A stretch of 64,000 bases of DNA from Lepidodermella squamata. Its lineage: Eukaryota; Animalia; Gastrotricha. This document shows, one piece after another, positions 30,504 through 43,835 of this stretch. Each line of letters starts with the position of its first letter. The stretch's first letter is position 1. The stretch covers positions 806,001-870,000 of the forward strand of contig JBLDXI010000017.1 of assembly GCA_047495785.1 (NCBI GenBank), in the 5' to 3' direction. The notes beneath the pieces are model-generated. The model worked only from the letters and a program-made list of their open reading frames with translations, was not told the DNA's origin and did no database searches. The position numbers and the translations under genes were made by a program.

Positions 30504-32843
30504 TCAACCGTTGATTACAGCGTTAATCCAGCTTAAGACTTCGCAAGGCTTGGAATAGACCACTTTGTTCCCAGAGCTGCAGCCTTGTGGTGCGGCCGAT
30601 GCTACTCCTTGAATTGTGTATCCAGCGCTATTGTCAGCCCTGCAGACTAAAGACCCACCAACGTCGGCCTGTTGAAATAAAAAAAATTCAAAAAATAGTT
30701 TTAAGCGGTAAATTCTGGAATAATTACCTGACAAAGGGCGCCTCGTCTTTCTGATACGCAGTACTTTTTGTCGCTTTCTGATTCGTCATCAGTATTGGTG
30801 ATTTCGCAGTCGTCTAGAGCTACGGTTGATTTCTTCATTTGAGCCTCAGAAAGCGCGCCCAGGGAGGCCCAGCCCACGGTGAAGCAATTTAGACTTGAAA
30901 CCGGCTCGCATCGCTGTGGCAGGCAGACAGGTCGGATCTTTCCACTTAACCTAACAGGAGCTAAGGTGAAAGGCTAATTTTTATCCTGGATTGGATTAAA
31001 AAATACTGTACTTTTCAGTCGGACGAGAGCAAAGTCGAAGTTTGAATTCTCTCCAGAGTAAAGTTGGTGAATTTCGATGTTATCAACTGAGGCATTAACT
31101 GACCCTGACAGGGTATTCAAGTTCGTTACGCCGAGCTGAATAACTATATTAGGATTCCTTATTTGAATACATTTGAATATTCAAGTATTTCGTAACAATA
31201 AATCGGTAATTACTCTATTTCCTGTGATTCGACACAACGAGCGGATGTTAGTAGCCATCTATCACTTATAAGACTGGCGGCGCAAATGTTTAAGATAGAA
31301 CGCCTTCCTTGCCGGTAGATGATCATGCGGGTCATCCACGGAAATTCGTTATCTCTTGCAATCGAAAGCGGGATATTGCCACTGTAATCATTCGTCCCGC
31401 AATCACTGATTACTGGCTCACTGGTCGTTGGGACGGTTGCCGGGGCTGTGCTTAGTCTCGGGTTTGTCGGAGTAGCCACAACTGGGCTTCGCAGTTGAGT
31501 TACATTCAGTACCCAATTCGTTACGACGCAAACTCTTCGAATGGATAAGTATTGATGTATGAATTCCAATTATGGTATAGACGCCTACCGGCTGTAAACT
31601 CCGTAAGCACCTTGCACGTTACATCTGCAATCTTCAGTAGTGAAATCGGTGAAGGCTGTAAGACAAAACTCACCCCAACCCCCAGCTGGACAAGCCGTGG
31701 AGCAGTAAAATTCCTGATCGCGAGCTGCATGCTAACGGGCCACCGCCATCACCCTTAAGAATTAATCACCCAATCAATCACTCAGCATGGTAACAGAGCC
31801 TATAAATCTCACCCTGCAAGTATCGGCTCCAGATCCATCTTAGATATGAATTATCAGAATCGGTTGGGGTTCGAATAGGATTTAAAATGTTCTCACCCAA
31901 ATAGCCAGCACACATCTAATTATTATACTTAGATTACCAATCACAGAAAACTTGGTAGAGCTCACCATGCGTTCCGTTATGGGAACTCCTCCGCTTAGCT
32001 CTTCCATTGTTCCGCAAGACGAACGATTGGTGACGGGTATTTTTGCTACCATTAGCATGTCTGAGTACTGATCAGACTCCTCGCTGATTGTTCCCCATCC
32101 ACTTTAGAAATAATGAATAAATTCACAAGATAAGATTCGCCGTCGTCCGCCATGCTAACCTGACCATGCATAAACTATTTGCCTCGACTTCTTGCGAGCA
32201 GTCGTAGGGCATGCAAATTGGAGCAACATTCGATGACCATGGTGTAATAGGTTCTAAACAAATTGAATCTTACACAGACTTCCCCATGTGGAAAATTTAT
32301 GATTCAGACTTGCAAGGGTGACAATTGCATAGTTGTAGTCGAAATCTCCAGCTCGATATCGCGGATGAATATCGACACGACTGACATCTATACGAGGCGT
32401 GCTATCCGCTTTCTGAAGGGTACCAACAGTAACTTTGAATTTACTATCCGGAATGCGGACTTTAACTGATTCCCTGGTAAAAAAATTCCAAGAAAAATAG
32501 GATGGAATTGCGAATTAGTACCTTTCATAGAAACAATGAGCCACAGATAAAATGAAACGAGAACCGATGATCGCACCGCCACAAATGTCCGACGACCCCA
32601 CGATCTCAATCAAGGCTTGTGAAGGAACTTCTCCTTCATTCGCCTGTCTCCCGCGAGATATCTTCGGAAACGTTGCGGGCTTTGCTGAGCCAACGTCGCA
32701 AATGTAACCATTGTCTACTAGTTTAAGCTGGCTTTATTGCTCAATTTCAGCAATTTTATCTGGCCAAATATACCTGTTTGGGCGGAGATTCGAGCAGGAA
32801 CGGACCCTAGCGTTAGAAAAGTTAAGAGTAAATTAAGATACAT
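30504..32843 (-). CDS. Secreted tandem two-domain trypsin-fold serine protease homologue, probably inactive
   Basis: Signal peptide MYLNLLLTFLTLGSVPARISA. Domain 1: CGGAIIGSRFILSVAHC, DYNYAIV, GDGGGPL. T/P-rich linker. Domain 2: CAASLISDRWLLTSARC, NFDFALV, ADVGGSL. Confidence 0.85.
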
Positions 32844-33775
32844 TTTTATCTTTTACATGCTAAACGTTTAACGTGATCCCATGTTTCGTCAAGTTATGTA
32901 CAACTCTGTATACTTGAACACGTCTTTTTAACGACAAATTTGATGTTTAATGCCAGTTTTGTGGGCGCTTCATAGAATTATAACGCTACACCTCTGCTGG
33001 AATATTATTTTCAAGCTTACAATAGCTTTCTGCGAATAATGACACACTTCAAAGATGAGTGAAACACGGTCAGAAACATTCGCTTGGTCCGAAATCTTCA
33101 TCGTACTTGAATGAAGCTCAATAAATAATTCATTACAACTTCCTCCAAGAAGATGCAAGAAGATTGATTAAATTGTTTTCCATCGAGGCATTTGATCCAT
33201 AGAAAAAGCAGAGGCGTGCTCATCAAATCGCCTTAATTATTAACATCAGCAAATAGACAAAAATTGCGAACATCCCATGTATAATTAACCACGCAATCAA
33301 AGAAAAATCTGCCCTTGAGTTGGTCGTCTCGCGATAAAACACCCCAATACAACAATGCAGCGTTTATTAACCAGTTATGTACAGCGTTATTAGCGCAAAA
33401 CTCATCCGAAGAATCAGATAAAAGATAAAAGCAGGCAACATTTCAAACCAGAAACCACTGGACTAAGAAACCGGATTCGCAAAGGTAGCAAAGAATAAGC
33501 AGCACGATAACAAAAGCGTACGCTAAATCTGTTAAAATATGATACACGCGAATAAAACATATCAGCAGTTTCCTAGAATTTTCTGTACACGACAACTTAT
33601 CTTAATATAGGTAGTGAGATGAAAATAGTTTCTCACAATTCCAATAAACTATACTTATTATATAAGCGAACAAAAAGCGGACTTTATAGTTAATTTCCGT
33701 GGAGTTCGCTGCGTAGAAACTTCGTCAAACAGCATGCTAGGAGCCATGCTTTAAGAAGGAGAAAAAATTGCCCTT

Positions 33776-36382
33776 TCAATTCCAGGCTTGCACGTTGGTA
33801 GTGGAAGAAATACGGTTCGGCTCTTCAGCCCGCCGGACGGCCGACTTTTGTCGAGACGCTGATTGCTCGCGCCGTTTCACTTCGCCTTGCGTGGCTTCGC
33901 GGTTGAAAGTCACAATTTCATCACCAGCTGTGGTAGATTCTGTGAGGACTGTCTCATCCCCGTTCGAATCAGTTGCTGAGTCTTTCACAACAGCCGTCGA
34001 GACTCTTCCATTAGTGTGACCTGTGCCATTGGCTATTGTTTTCATTTTATCGCCATTTTCTTTGGCGCCACCTTTTACCGCTACCTCTGCTAACGCAGCT
34101 GCCCGCTTTTCCAATTCTTTCCGGCGGGGTCTTACAATGGAAATCCAGCTCAAATCAGCAATCACGAATGGAACTGGATGTGACCAGCCAGGGTTTTTGA
34201 TATGCTCCATCGGGTATTTCGCCAACTCCTGTTCCCACAGTTGTTCGTAATACTTGTCCAGTTGCTCTTCGAAACTCTCGTGTGAAGGCACTTCGCCGCC
34301 GACATGGATATTTGGTGTCATGTAAGCTTCGAAAGGATATGGAATCTCGTGCATGTGGCAGTAGTCAAGTCCAATTATTTCGTCTTCCCAATCAACTCGG
34401 ATCATGTTGAAGCTCTTCAAGATGAAGAAGATGACCCACTGGAAAATAAGAAACTTCAAGTAGAAATCGATAGAGGGTCAATGAAAACTAACGGTATGTG
34501 CCGCACTCCAAAGGGAGATGGTTATGAAACCAAGAAGCTGCCAGCCTAGCATCTGTTAATTGATTCACAACTTTCAACTTCCAGTAATTGCAGAAGTAAA
34601 CTGAAGCTTACCAAGTTGGCAGCGCGATCCCAGTTATAAAATATGCCTGCATCGATTCTGAAGAAGGCAAGACCAACGCAGCCAACAAGCCCTCCTCCCC
34701 AATGAACGCCCACCGCATCTGCAGCATCATCAATCTTCAGCTTTTTCAACGCCCATTGGACGAACAGGAACATTGATCCAGCCCATACCCTTAGATGAAA
34801 ATGATAGCGGTAAGATGCGTAAAATAAAACGCTGGTTTCCTTACCCAATGACTAGAGCTCCCCACGGTTCGATGAATGCGCAGCCGCAACATGCGGCCAC
34901 GTTGCCTGCCAAGCCCCCACAGAGCATGGGCATCGCCAGCCACCTTTTATACACAACTCTGGTGACTATTGCAACCCAGAGGAAGCCGCCAGCTCCGCAG
35001 TAAATTGTATTCACCGCTGCCCTGTTGACAGGTAGCGCATCAGCATCGTTGGCAATGGCGCACTCGGAACCGGCGTTAAAGGCTAGGAAACCGGTGAACA
35101 GCGTCATTCCACCGAATGCGATATTCTAAGAGGAATGATAAGACGCTCATCAATTTCACATGATTGAAATATACATACGGTGATAGAATGTCCGTTGATT
35201 TCGTTCGCATGACCATCGGGAGTAAATTTTCCAATTCTTGGGCCAATGAAAATGATCGCAACGAGAGCAGCAACACCACCACAAGCGTGGACAACCCCAG
35301 AGCCAGCAAAATCTACGTATCCAATTTGGACCACTGTTCCGCTGATGTTATAAAACCCGCCATATTTAAGCCAGCCATCGGCATTCCAACACCAGTGAAC
35401 GACGACGGGATACGTGACAGCTGATGCTATCGTAGTGTAGATGAGGTAGCAGATGACTTGCGCGCGTTCGGCAATGGCCCCTGAATGACAATGTCAGCTA
35501 ATTAACTGGGATATCAAACTCAGAGACAGCTTACCGGTCATGATCGCGCCAGCCGTAGTGCAGAAGACGTATTCGAAGAAGAAAAACATCATGTCGTTAG
35601 CTCCACCAGCGGCGTGTGGCATATCTTGAAATGCCCAGAAAGTTTTTCCAGCAAAACGGCCCTCGGTCGCGCCAAACGAAAGAGCCATTCCAGTCAACCA
35701 GTAACCAAGGGCAGACGTGACTAAGATTTATTGAAGATGAGCTACAAATCAAACTTAAAGTTCTTCAGTAACTTACAGGCATAGGAAAGATTTTTCCAGA
35801 TGGTGTTTCCAGTATTTTTGGTCCTCACAATGCCGATTTCCAGCATTGCAAACCCGCTTTGCATGAAGAAGATGAAAATCCCCATAGTTAGCAAGAAGAA
35901 TATGTTCGCATTGCCCTTGATAGGATTGACCATGTTAGCGTACACAGCATCCGAGAAAGAAGTGCTGCCGATTAATGCAGCTTCGATGCCACCTCGTACA
36001 TCAGCATTATCGGCCAACATTTTCAAGAGAATGTGTTGGAAATATTGGATGCTGGTGGACTGGAAACCCTCCAGCATTTGTCCAACGGGATCGATACCGA
36101 CCATAGTTGTATTCGTGGCATTATCCCAGTAAGTTGCGTTCGACGAGAAGTTTCCCGTGACGTTGACCATCAGATTCATAATCCAAACCGTGAGGATCCG
36201 ATTGACTACCTCAGAGCATTGGCTGTCAATATAGTTGAGTAGAATTTCCTGTTCCGTCAACTCAGTGACGTTGCTTGCATTCGATTGATTCATCAATGGG
36301 GTGGTTACCTTGAAAGTAATCAAATTGTCTTCTCTTAGGTCAATGCGGAAATTAAACTCACCATGAAGAGATCTTCCAACAT
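33776..36382 (-). CDS. Ammonium transporter (Amt/Mep/Rh superfamily, Amt type)
   Basis: Multi-exon. Motifs FFMQSGFAMLEIG, GAIAER, DFAGSGVVHACGG, GPRIGKF, FNAGS, IDDAADAVGVH, EIIGLD; twin His retained. The 21-nt first exon (36382-36362) is less certain. Confidence 0.93.
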
Positions 36383-37825
36383 TTTCAGCTTTAAAACCTT
36401 TTGGATATACTCTGATAATAAATAAGTACTAAAACTGTGAAGAAGAACAGCTTTAGTTCAGGTTTGTTCCAGAATCGCCTTCCTGTGGAATCGGATGATA
36501 AGTAAAATCTTTATAACTGTTTCAGACTGCGAGAAATGAGATATGTTATGCAAACTAGGCTTGAATTGAGTGAGGCACCGCGCTTGATATGACTACTTGC
36601 GCAGCGGATTTAATTTTGGAGCTGCATCCGTGGTAACACTTGCAACCAAAACAATGAATGTTAAAATGTGGGTTAGACTCTGATTTCTGCCGCGTGGCGA
36701 CGATCGGTACATCCTAGCAACATGCGAATGGAATAGCGCTTATCTAAACAAGCGATCGGTTAAGTAAATTCTAGAAAATTCAGCATTTATTCCTAGCGTA
36801 TAATATCTTTTACGTAAAAGGCTTTTGATAATTTATGAGCAAGACTAGCCGAAGGTAATTCTGTGCCAATGATCAAGGGCGAGATTTTTCTTATAGGACC
36901 TGCGGGTAGAATGATCGATCATACCCTTAGGCGCCAGGAAAAAATCAGCCGAATCACCTGGACGAAGCGTAGATCAGACATGGTCCTTAGTAACAGCGTT
37001 AATAATGACACTTCACGTGGATAGCCTAATAAAATAACACACCCGAAATTCGCCAATACGGTAGAATATTAAATTCGATCACAATCAAAGCGCATTTTTC
37101 TCAGCAGCTGAGGCTAGACCGTCTGACGTAAATTAAAAATGAATGGGGAGCTTTGGGGATTCTCTCACGAGGTCAAAAAAACGGAATGAGAAATGAGAAC
37201 ACGCCGAGAAGGAGAAGCTGATTTATTTTTCTGAAACCAATTCAGATGAGATCATTTTTAATAGTAGTATGTAGTATGGCAAAGAGAACACGTTAGCGTT
37301 TCAATATAATTCTCCATGTAGCGGTAAAAACAAAGCGCAAACAATATTTACCACACACGAAAAAAATTGGCAAGATGAATTTGCCGTCAAGTTAGAGTAG
37401 AAATATCCGCCGGCCGAAATTTGGACGAAAAGTGCATTATCTGTTTCATGATTTTTCAAGCATTCGCTCGCATAATGATTCTAAAAGGCGAGGGGGCATA
37501 TCGATGATTTTGCGCTATAAGGAGCCAATGAAAAAATTCCTATCCAGAGTACTACGCACTATAAATAGTACTACGCACACATGTAGTAAGATATAGCCCA
37601 TTGTATTCTGTATTCTGTGTGAAAAAAATATATGTACTGGACAAATAATGACCAACAAATATCTTCGATACTGCGGTCATTCTGAGGTATCTGCGCTGGG
37701 AATTCCGAGATAATCATGGAGGAAACGTTTCAGAAACTCATGGACTTAATCGTTCTTAGACAGCTCGAGTAAAACACAGTTCAAACTCTCAACAATAAGC
37801 TTGTTTTAATAATTTTGAAACGCTT

Positions 37826-39752
37826 TCAAGTAGTATCCATCCAAGTCTCGAGGGCGTTATGTCCCGGCGGAGGTTTAGCGTCAATGCTGCAAGCAGTAGG
37901 TTTGTCTGCGTCTTCTTCGTAAGCCATTATGACTGAGCGATAAGCTTCTGGAATTGTGCCTTTGTTGACCATTTCGATGAGATCCTTCTTAAGACTGGAT
38001 TCGATCGGCAATCGCTTTTCGTATTTTTGAACAAGTTGGAAAGGAAACAAAATGACGTCTTTGTTGTAGCGCTTGGCGACGAAAGTATGAAAAGCCAAGT
38101 CGAAAGTTTTCTTGGTTTGGAGATAATTAGGGTAGTCTTTCTCGTATCTGAACCAACATGGCTCCGACCATTTAACATCATTTTTCTGTTCGTCTTGCAA
38201 ATACTGAGCGAACTTTGGTGACTTGTCAAAGCTGAAGAAGCTTGCAAATTGCATTTCAGTTATGCTGTATGGTTTCACTTTCAAGCGGTTTGGTGTTTCC
38301 TCGCCGTACACTTCGAGTCTCAGATCAGCATCAATCGGAGCCTTCCGCGACGCGGCCACGATTTCTCTCCATTCCTTTGAATAGCTGATGTTGACTCGTT
38401 TCTTAGCTTCCCTTTCAATAGTGGCATGCACGGAATCACATTCCATTTGCGAGTGGCCCGGCTCGAAAAACTTGTGATCGATGACTTTGAGATTACCTTT
38501 GGAGTTGGACAAGGCTGCGAATAAAGCGTTGACAATGTACTGAGATTTGTTTTGGCTTCCAGTGCTGTCGCTCCATAGAATCAACTGCTCAACTTCGTCA
38601 GGAATCATTTCAGTGATGAATTTATAGAGACATGAACCAACTTCATCCGTCCCACGACCCCCTTCTGTTTGATCCCACATGAAACAGTAGACATCTTTTG
38701 ATGAAGTATCGTAGAAAGTCAGGTTTGAGGTGTGGAACTTTTTTTTGTACATTATCGAGCAGCAAGGGCTTTCGAGGATTGACTGCATATCAAACTGGAT
38801 GCACAAGATCAATCCTTTCGACTGTTTTGCTAGAATTTTGTCAGCATTCTTGGCATCTCTGTTGGATTCGTGGTTCCGTTTCTCCACGATCACTTCATGG
38901 GTGAACAGTTCATCCGGCAAAGTCGCAAATCGTGTGCATTTCTTGCAGGTGTCCTTTTTGGGATGACTGAAAGCGAGATTGGGAAAAGATCTCTTGAATA
39001 TGGATCGGTAAGTAGCGTATTTGACGGGTTTCTCATCAGTACGCAGAGCCCAGTTTTGGTGTGCTATGCAGTACATTCGATGTATTTCCTTCAGATTGAG
39101 CGCGGACCCGAGATATTGCTTGCTAGTTTGACTTCTCGCATAATGACTGTCTAATCGCTCGAAAGAAGTGATGTGCTGATAAACAAATTTGTAAGAATTA
39201 TCGCTGGTGGTATTCGGCGGCTTATGGCGACCGCGTTGATCTGGTATGATGTAGAAGCCGTCTTCGACTTTTTTCTCAACAGTTGTGTTTATAATTTATA
39301 AAAGCGCGAGTTTCATCGAGTGCCTTCAGAAAGAAAGACCTGCATACTTCGATTGAGTCCCTAGATTGTGAAGGCGAAGGGGTTGCCAAGTAGTTGCCTG
39401 GTAAGTAATAATCAAATCTTCGAGGACCATTCTCTCGTTTCTGTTTATAACTGACGTAACGGTTGATGAATGCTCGTCTAGCGTCGATAGATGCTCGGGA
39501 CCAGTAAGTGTTAAAGCATTGTTTGACTGAATTTTCATTGAATTTCAAGGAGCATTTACGCCAGCAACCACACTTGAAGTAAACAGGCTTACGACCGGAA
39601 TTAAACTTAGCGCTAACCCCTTTATCTGACTGACGGTAGGGTTTCCCAGAGTTGCGCTTGCGTTTTCTTTCCATCGCTTGTTTGGATGGGCGGTGTCTAG
39701 AATCCACTATCCTCGGAGGAAACTGTTTCAGCCAATGGTCGTTATCAGTCAT
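37826..39752 (-). pseudogene. Sola-like DDD transposase with one frameshift
   Basis: Motifs DQRGRH, SHYAR, PKKDTCKKC, QFDMQ, WDQTEGGRG, WSDSTGSQNK, GHSQMECDSVH. The two ORFs join if one copy of TTTATAA (39288-39301) is removed. Confidence 0.85.
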
Positions 39753-40242
39753 CAGCTCAAATCGTTGTTAAAAATGAAACGTTGAATGCTTTAGTCCTAA
39801 ATGACAAGCGTCATAAATTAAAATGTCAAGGATAGAAAACAGGGAGTTGTCGAAAGCCGAATTGCCAATCTGAGAAGTTCTGTTCTTGACCTAAGGCTGT
39901 ATGACCTCAGAGTTACAGCTACCGATGAAGGATTGCCCAACTGAGTAAAGATGGAAGTTAAAGTGGCCAGTAATCGGGAGTTTTAAATATCATAACAAAG
40001 CGATAGGTTCACTTTGTAAATTGCTGTGAAAGGTATTTATCAGCCAAAACATAAACCAGGATTCCAATATATTCCAATATATCGCGTTAGTTTTAACTGC
40101 AGCAGAAACTTGGGATGGGGTTATCCCAGTCGTATAAAAGCTGACCCTAGCACGTGAGTAGCATGTGATCGAACGGCCTAGGCATCTCAAAATCACCGTG
40201 TTCAATCCCAATAACCGCAACATCAATCATCCATGCATTGAA

Positions 40243-40739
40243 TGCGGCGTTTATCAAGCTGACAGGAAGGGTTGACAGGAAGCGTGAAACCGCCAAGCAA
40301 ATCCTCCCTTCTGGAATGGGCCGCCATTCACCGGTAATATATGGTAAAGATGTGGCTACTCAGCGGCCAAAGCAATCATGGGTATAGTCGGCTCCTAAGC
40401 ATTGTGAAGATGGCATGCGTCTGATACCAAATGCTACATTTTAAAAGGCAATAAAGAGTACTTCTGGTTAGATCTAATTAAGAGACTGTTTCGATTGTTC
40501 GTAGGGCTTCGACCTTCGACCGTTAGTAGATTGTAGGATTCACGCAAGATCGATAAGTCTATAGTTTCCGTCTAAGTAGCTGTCAAGTTCTAGGTGGAGT
40601 TTGAGCCCCAAACCGACAAACTTGGCTATCTTTGATCAGAAGTTGTGTTGTGTTTTGGAGGTGGTTGTTTGAGGAAAAGGGCGATAGTTTCAAATTATCC
40701 AGGGGCCCAAACCACATTATCAGCTTGATAAACGCCACA
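40243..40739. repeat. ~500-bp segment with 17-20 bp inverted ends nested in the Sola-like element
   Basis: GGCGTTTATCAAGCTGA (40246-40262) and TCAGCTTGATAAACGCC (40720-40736) are exact reverse complements; no TSD seen. Confidence 0.55.
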
Positions 40740-41657
40740 ACAACGAAATAATGGAATATTTTCCCAACAGAGTAGCCAGCAGCCACTTTCGGAATCTCAG
40801 CCGAAACAACCTTTCTACCCTATTTTTGCTGAAACCTCAAAACAGGAGTTTAACTTTGTGGTAAGCTCAGATTTCACTAAACTCCTAAAGAATCTGATAA
40901 GAAGCCTCTATCAATCTATCGGAGATTCTAATCTTTCCAGAAGAAAATTTCGCTGCGATTTAAAATGGACAACTATGGAAAACATTCCTACTCCGTCCCA
41001 TGAACAGACCAGGTCAGAATTACTAAAATCGTGGGTAATTTAAAGCACATGCTTTCAATGTCCTACTTTCAGCAAAAATGATGCGGGAGATCTAAGAAAG
41101 AATGATGATAAAAATGAAAAAACAAGAGAACAAAATGCGCAAATATACCATGTTACTGCGGAAGAATCGATCGCTCTCGTCTGAGTGCATTCTCTTGTGC
41201 ATGCACCAAAATGCTATTAGCCCTGTGTATAACCATATACTCGCATATACTCCGCACAGTTTTTATGGGCGTATATCAGAATGCAGCCTATCGGTCTGTT
41301 TTAGCGCAAAACCATCGATATGCCGTTTCTCAAGTGCTTTTTTACCATAATCACCAGAGGTTCAGGCATCATATCGTCAAGGAAAAGCTCACAGGTAAAG
41401 CAACAAAGGCGATTTCCACTCTCGAAAATTTAACTCTAGGGCGAAACGAATTTAACCATATCAAGCTCAAGGTATGGTAGCTTAACTGGACGAGGTGGAT
41501 GAAATTAGGGCACTGGGCTCCTCTGTTTTGGCCAATCAGCATAAATCAGCAATAAATAAATAAAGTAGCCGGACTCGCCGAAACCGGCATTCGATAGCCC
41601 GAGAACGCCTCTATAATCCTGCCCTTGTCAACTAACTTCTTAAAATTTGCTTGGGTG

Positions 41658-41766
41658 GCAAAGTTTGAAAACCTCAAAAAGCGGCCGAATGTAGGGTACA
41701 GTGCTCTCTTGTCATACATTCGCTGCACCCTAAATTCGGCAACTTTTTCGGTTTTTCAAACCTTGC
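41658..41766. repeat. Imperfect ~45-bp-arm hairpin/foldback
   Basis: GCAAAGTTTGAAAACCTCAAAAAGCGGCCGAATGTAGGGTACAGTG pairs with CGCTGCACCCTAAATTCGGCAACTTTTTCGGTTTTTCAAACCTTGC around a 17-nt loop. Confidence 0.75.
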
Positions 41767-42304
41767 TAGAGGTTCGCTGCATTTGTCAACCGCTTCAGTT
41801 TCGGATCAACTAAATATTGTCAAGGTAACAAGGCGGAACAAGTGCGAACCAGTCTGTCAAAAACGGTTTACCAGCTGAATCGCCTCGACACCGAAGAGTT
41901 GGTTGACATAGATAAACCATGGCATAAAGATAACATCGTTTATTGTGTCCTCGTTAGCATCTTCAGTAAATCATCAGACATGAACTCTCTATCTACTGCT
42001 ATCATTTTAGCTACGATTTCCTTGCGACTAACATAGAGATTGACTCGAAACTGAGCGAAAAAGCTCTGACATAGGAGAATAATCTGGTCCATGTCTTTTT
42101 TTCGTCTTTTTTCGATGCAAAACGTGATCGCTTTGACACTGCGTTCATTTGTCGGTAATAACCGCGATATATTTTGCCTATTTTAAAAGATGTTTATAAG
42201 GGCGTCTACTTAACGTGATTAGCGAATCATTATACACCGAGAGGGAAGATACCTTGCAATCCGGAAATGCAACATTTTCTTAGTCTTTTCTTTCATGAGA
42301 CAAT

Positions 42305-42708
42305 CATTGAAAAAATGACCAGAGTAAGCACTCAAGCTAAAATTTTAGAATCTTCATTGTTATTCAAAGTTGAATTTCTCAAAGCGGATATCTCGGCTGT
42401 TCACCAAATTTTGCACGCATATAGAACGCGAGCTGCTCTTTCGCGTAGTATAAGATTTGAGGTTGGAAACCCAACCGTTGTTACGATACAAAAACCTCTT
42501 TTTCACTATGGTTTTATTTTGACAAGATCAACACTGAGCAGCACTTGCCCACCTCAAATCTTATACCCCGTGAAAGAGCAGCTCGCGTTCTATAAGCATG
42601 CAAAATTTGGTGAACAGCGGAAATATCCGTTTTGAGAAGCACTCGATTTCATACTGCAGATCAAAATTTTAGCTTGAATGCTTACTCTGGTCATTTTTTT
42701 TCTCCAAG
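42305..42708. mobile_element. Foldback MITE with ~155-bp inverted arms and 8-bp TSD
   Basis: Arms ~42310-42465 and ~42548-42699 are reverse complements (outer 37 bp match at 36). GAGACAAT is duplicated at 42297-42304 and 42709-42716. Confidence 0.85.
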
Positions 42709-43835
42709 GAGACAATAAATATAATCATGAGTTGTGATCATTCAAAATGGGAGTTTTGAAAGAATTGAGCTATTTTTCATTTGGATTCGCTTTTGATTTT
42801 CAGCGTTTAAAAGATTGGGTTTGCTGACAGATGGTTGTTGTGGCCAGCCGCAAACCCATATCATGGGAAAAGCCATTATGATCTGTTGTTTACTTGATGT
42901 CACAGCGAGATGATATTACAGCGGACCAGCTTGGCAACCTCTCGTAAGGCAGAGAAATATTCAAGAGATCCGATATACCTACTGCTCGAATTCCTAGCCC
43001 GATTACGACGTCCGCATGCTGGCGTACCAAGCCAGCACTTGGAAATTAGTCGATTTAAATGTTCATTCCAATGCTATGATTGTCATTTTCTTCGCCCTAT
43101 TTAAGCCAGTAACCAATAACATGGCTGAACGATTTGTATTTGGTCTTGAGATTTTGAGAGAAGGCAACTTTAAGCCGTTAAGAATGCTCTAGAGCTTTCT
43201 TGCAAGCCCCTGCTGCTTGCATAGCGTCGTGGTATTCATCTACGTAGCATCGATGTTGGCTGCCCACGGATTGCCAATTTCGCAGGGGAGCCAAGACGGC
43301 AAAAAACAGGTGGGTGATTCAAAGAGTCACTTCACTACACTTGTGGAACTGAGGGAAGAGCTGCTACCGCTAATCTCTAATTTAATCTCTATCAGTCCAA
43401 AGACTTTTTCTCTACTCGCTCGTTTCCGGATACTCAATCGAGGAAAAAGGACCGACAGCCAAGCGAACCGTTAAGGTGGACAATTAAAGATTGATATTTC
43501 CTTTACGCGCTCATAACTCACCGCCCCTGTTAACGCCAAAGATCATTTTATTCTAGCTGTTGTGCAATCGATCAGAGCTTGGCGACCAACGTCGATCGAG
43601 CGAACAACGCTGTGAAGATCGATTTTGGGGGCCTAGTCTATCAAAGCTTACATGCAAACAGCAACGGCTATGAACCACTCTACGCATTACGCATTAAGAT
43701 ATCTCGCAACCGTAAAAGAAAGCTTCTATCGAATTTTTCTGGCGTTACTTGTCCCACTTTCACACGAAACTACCAGAGTATGAACAATACGCGCTCGCTT
43801 TTGCTAAAAAATATTCATCTTGCAGGTTATTACTA

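Larger units (their letters stand above)
37495..41324 (-). mobile_element. Sola(1)-like DNA transposon (~3.8 kb) bounded by 23-bp inverted repeats
   Basis: GGCATATCGATGATTTTGCGCTA (37495-37517) and TAGCGCAAAACCATCGATATGCC (41302-41324) match at 22/23 and enclose the transposase. No TSD recognised, so exact ends are uncertain. Confidence 0.7.

Noticed and set aside
42267-42635. 122-aa ORF
   Set aside because: Lies mostly within the foldback MITE; no protein motifs.
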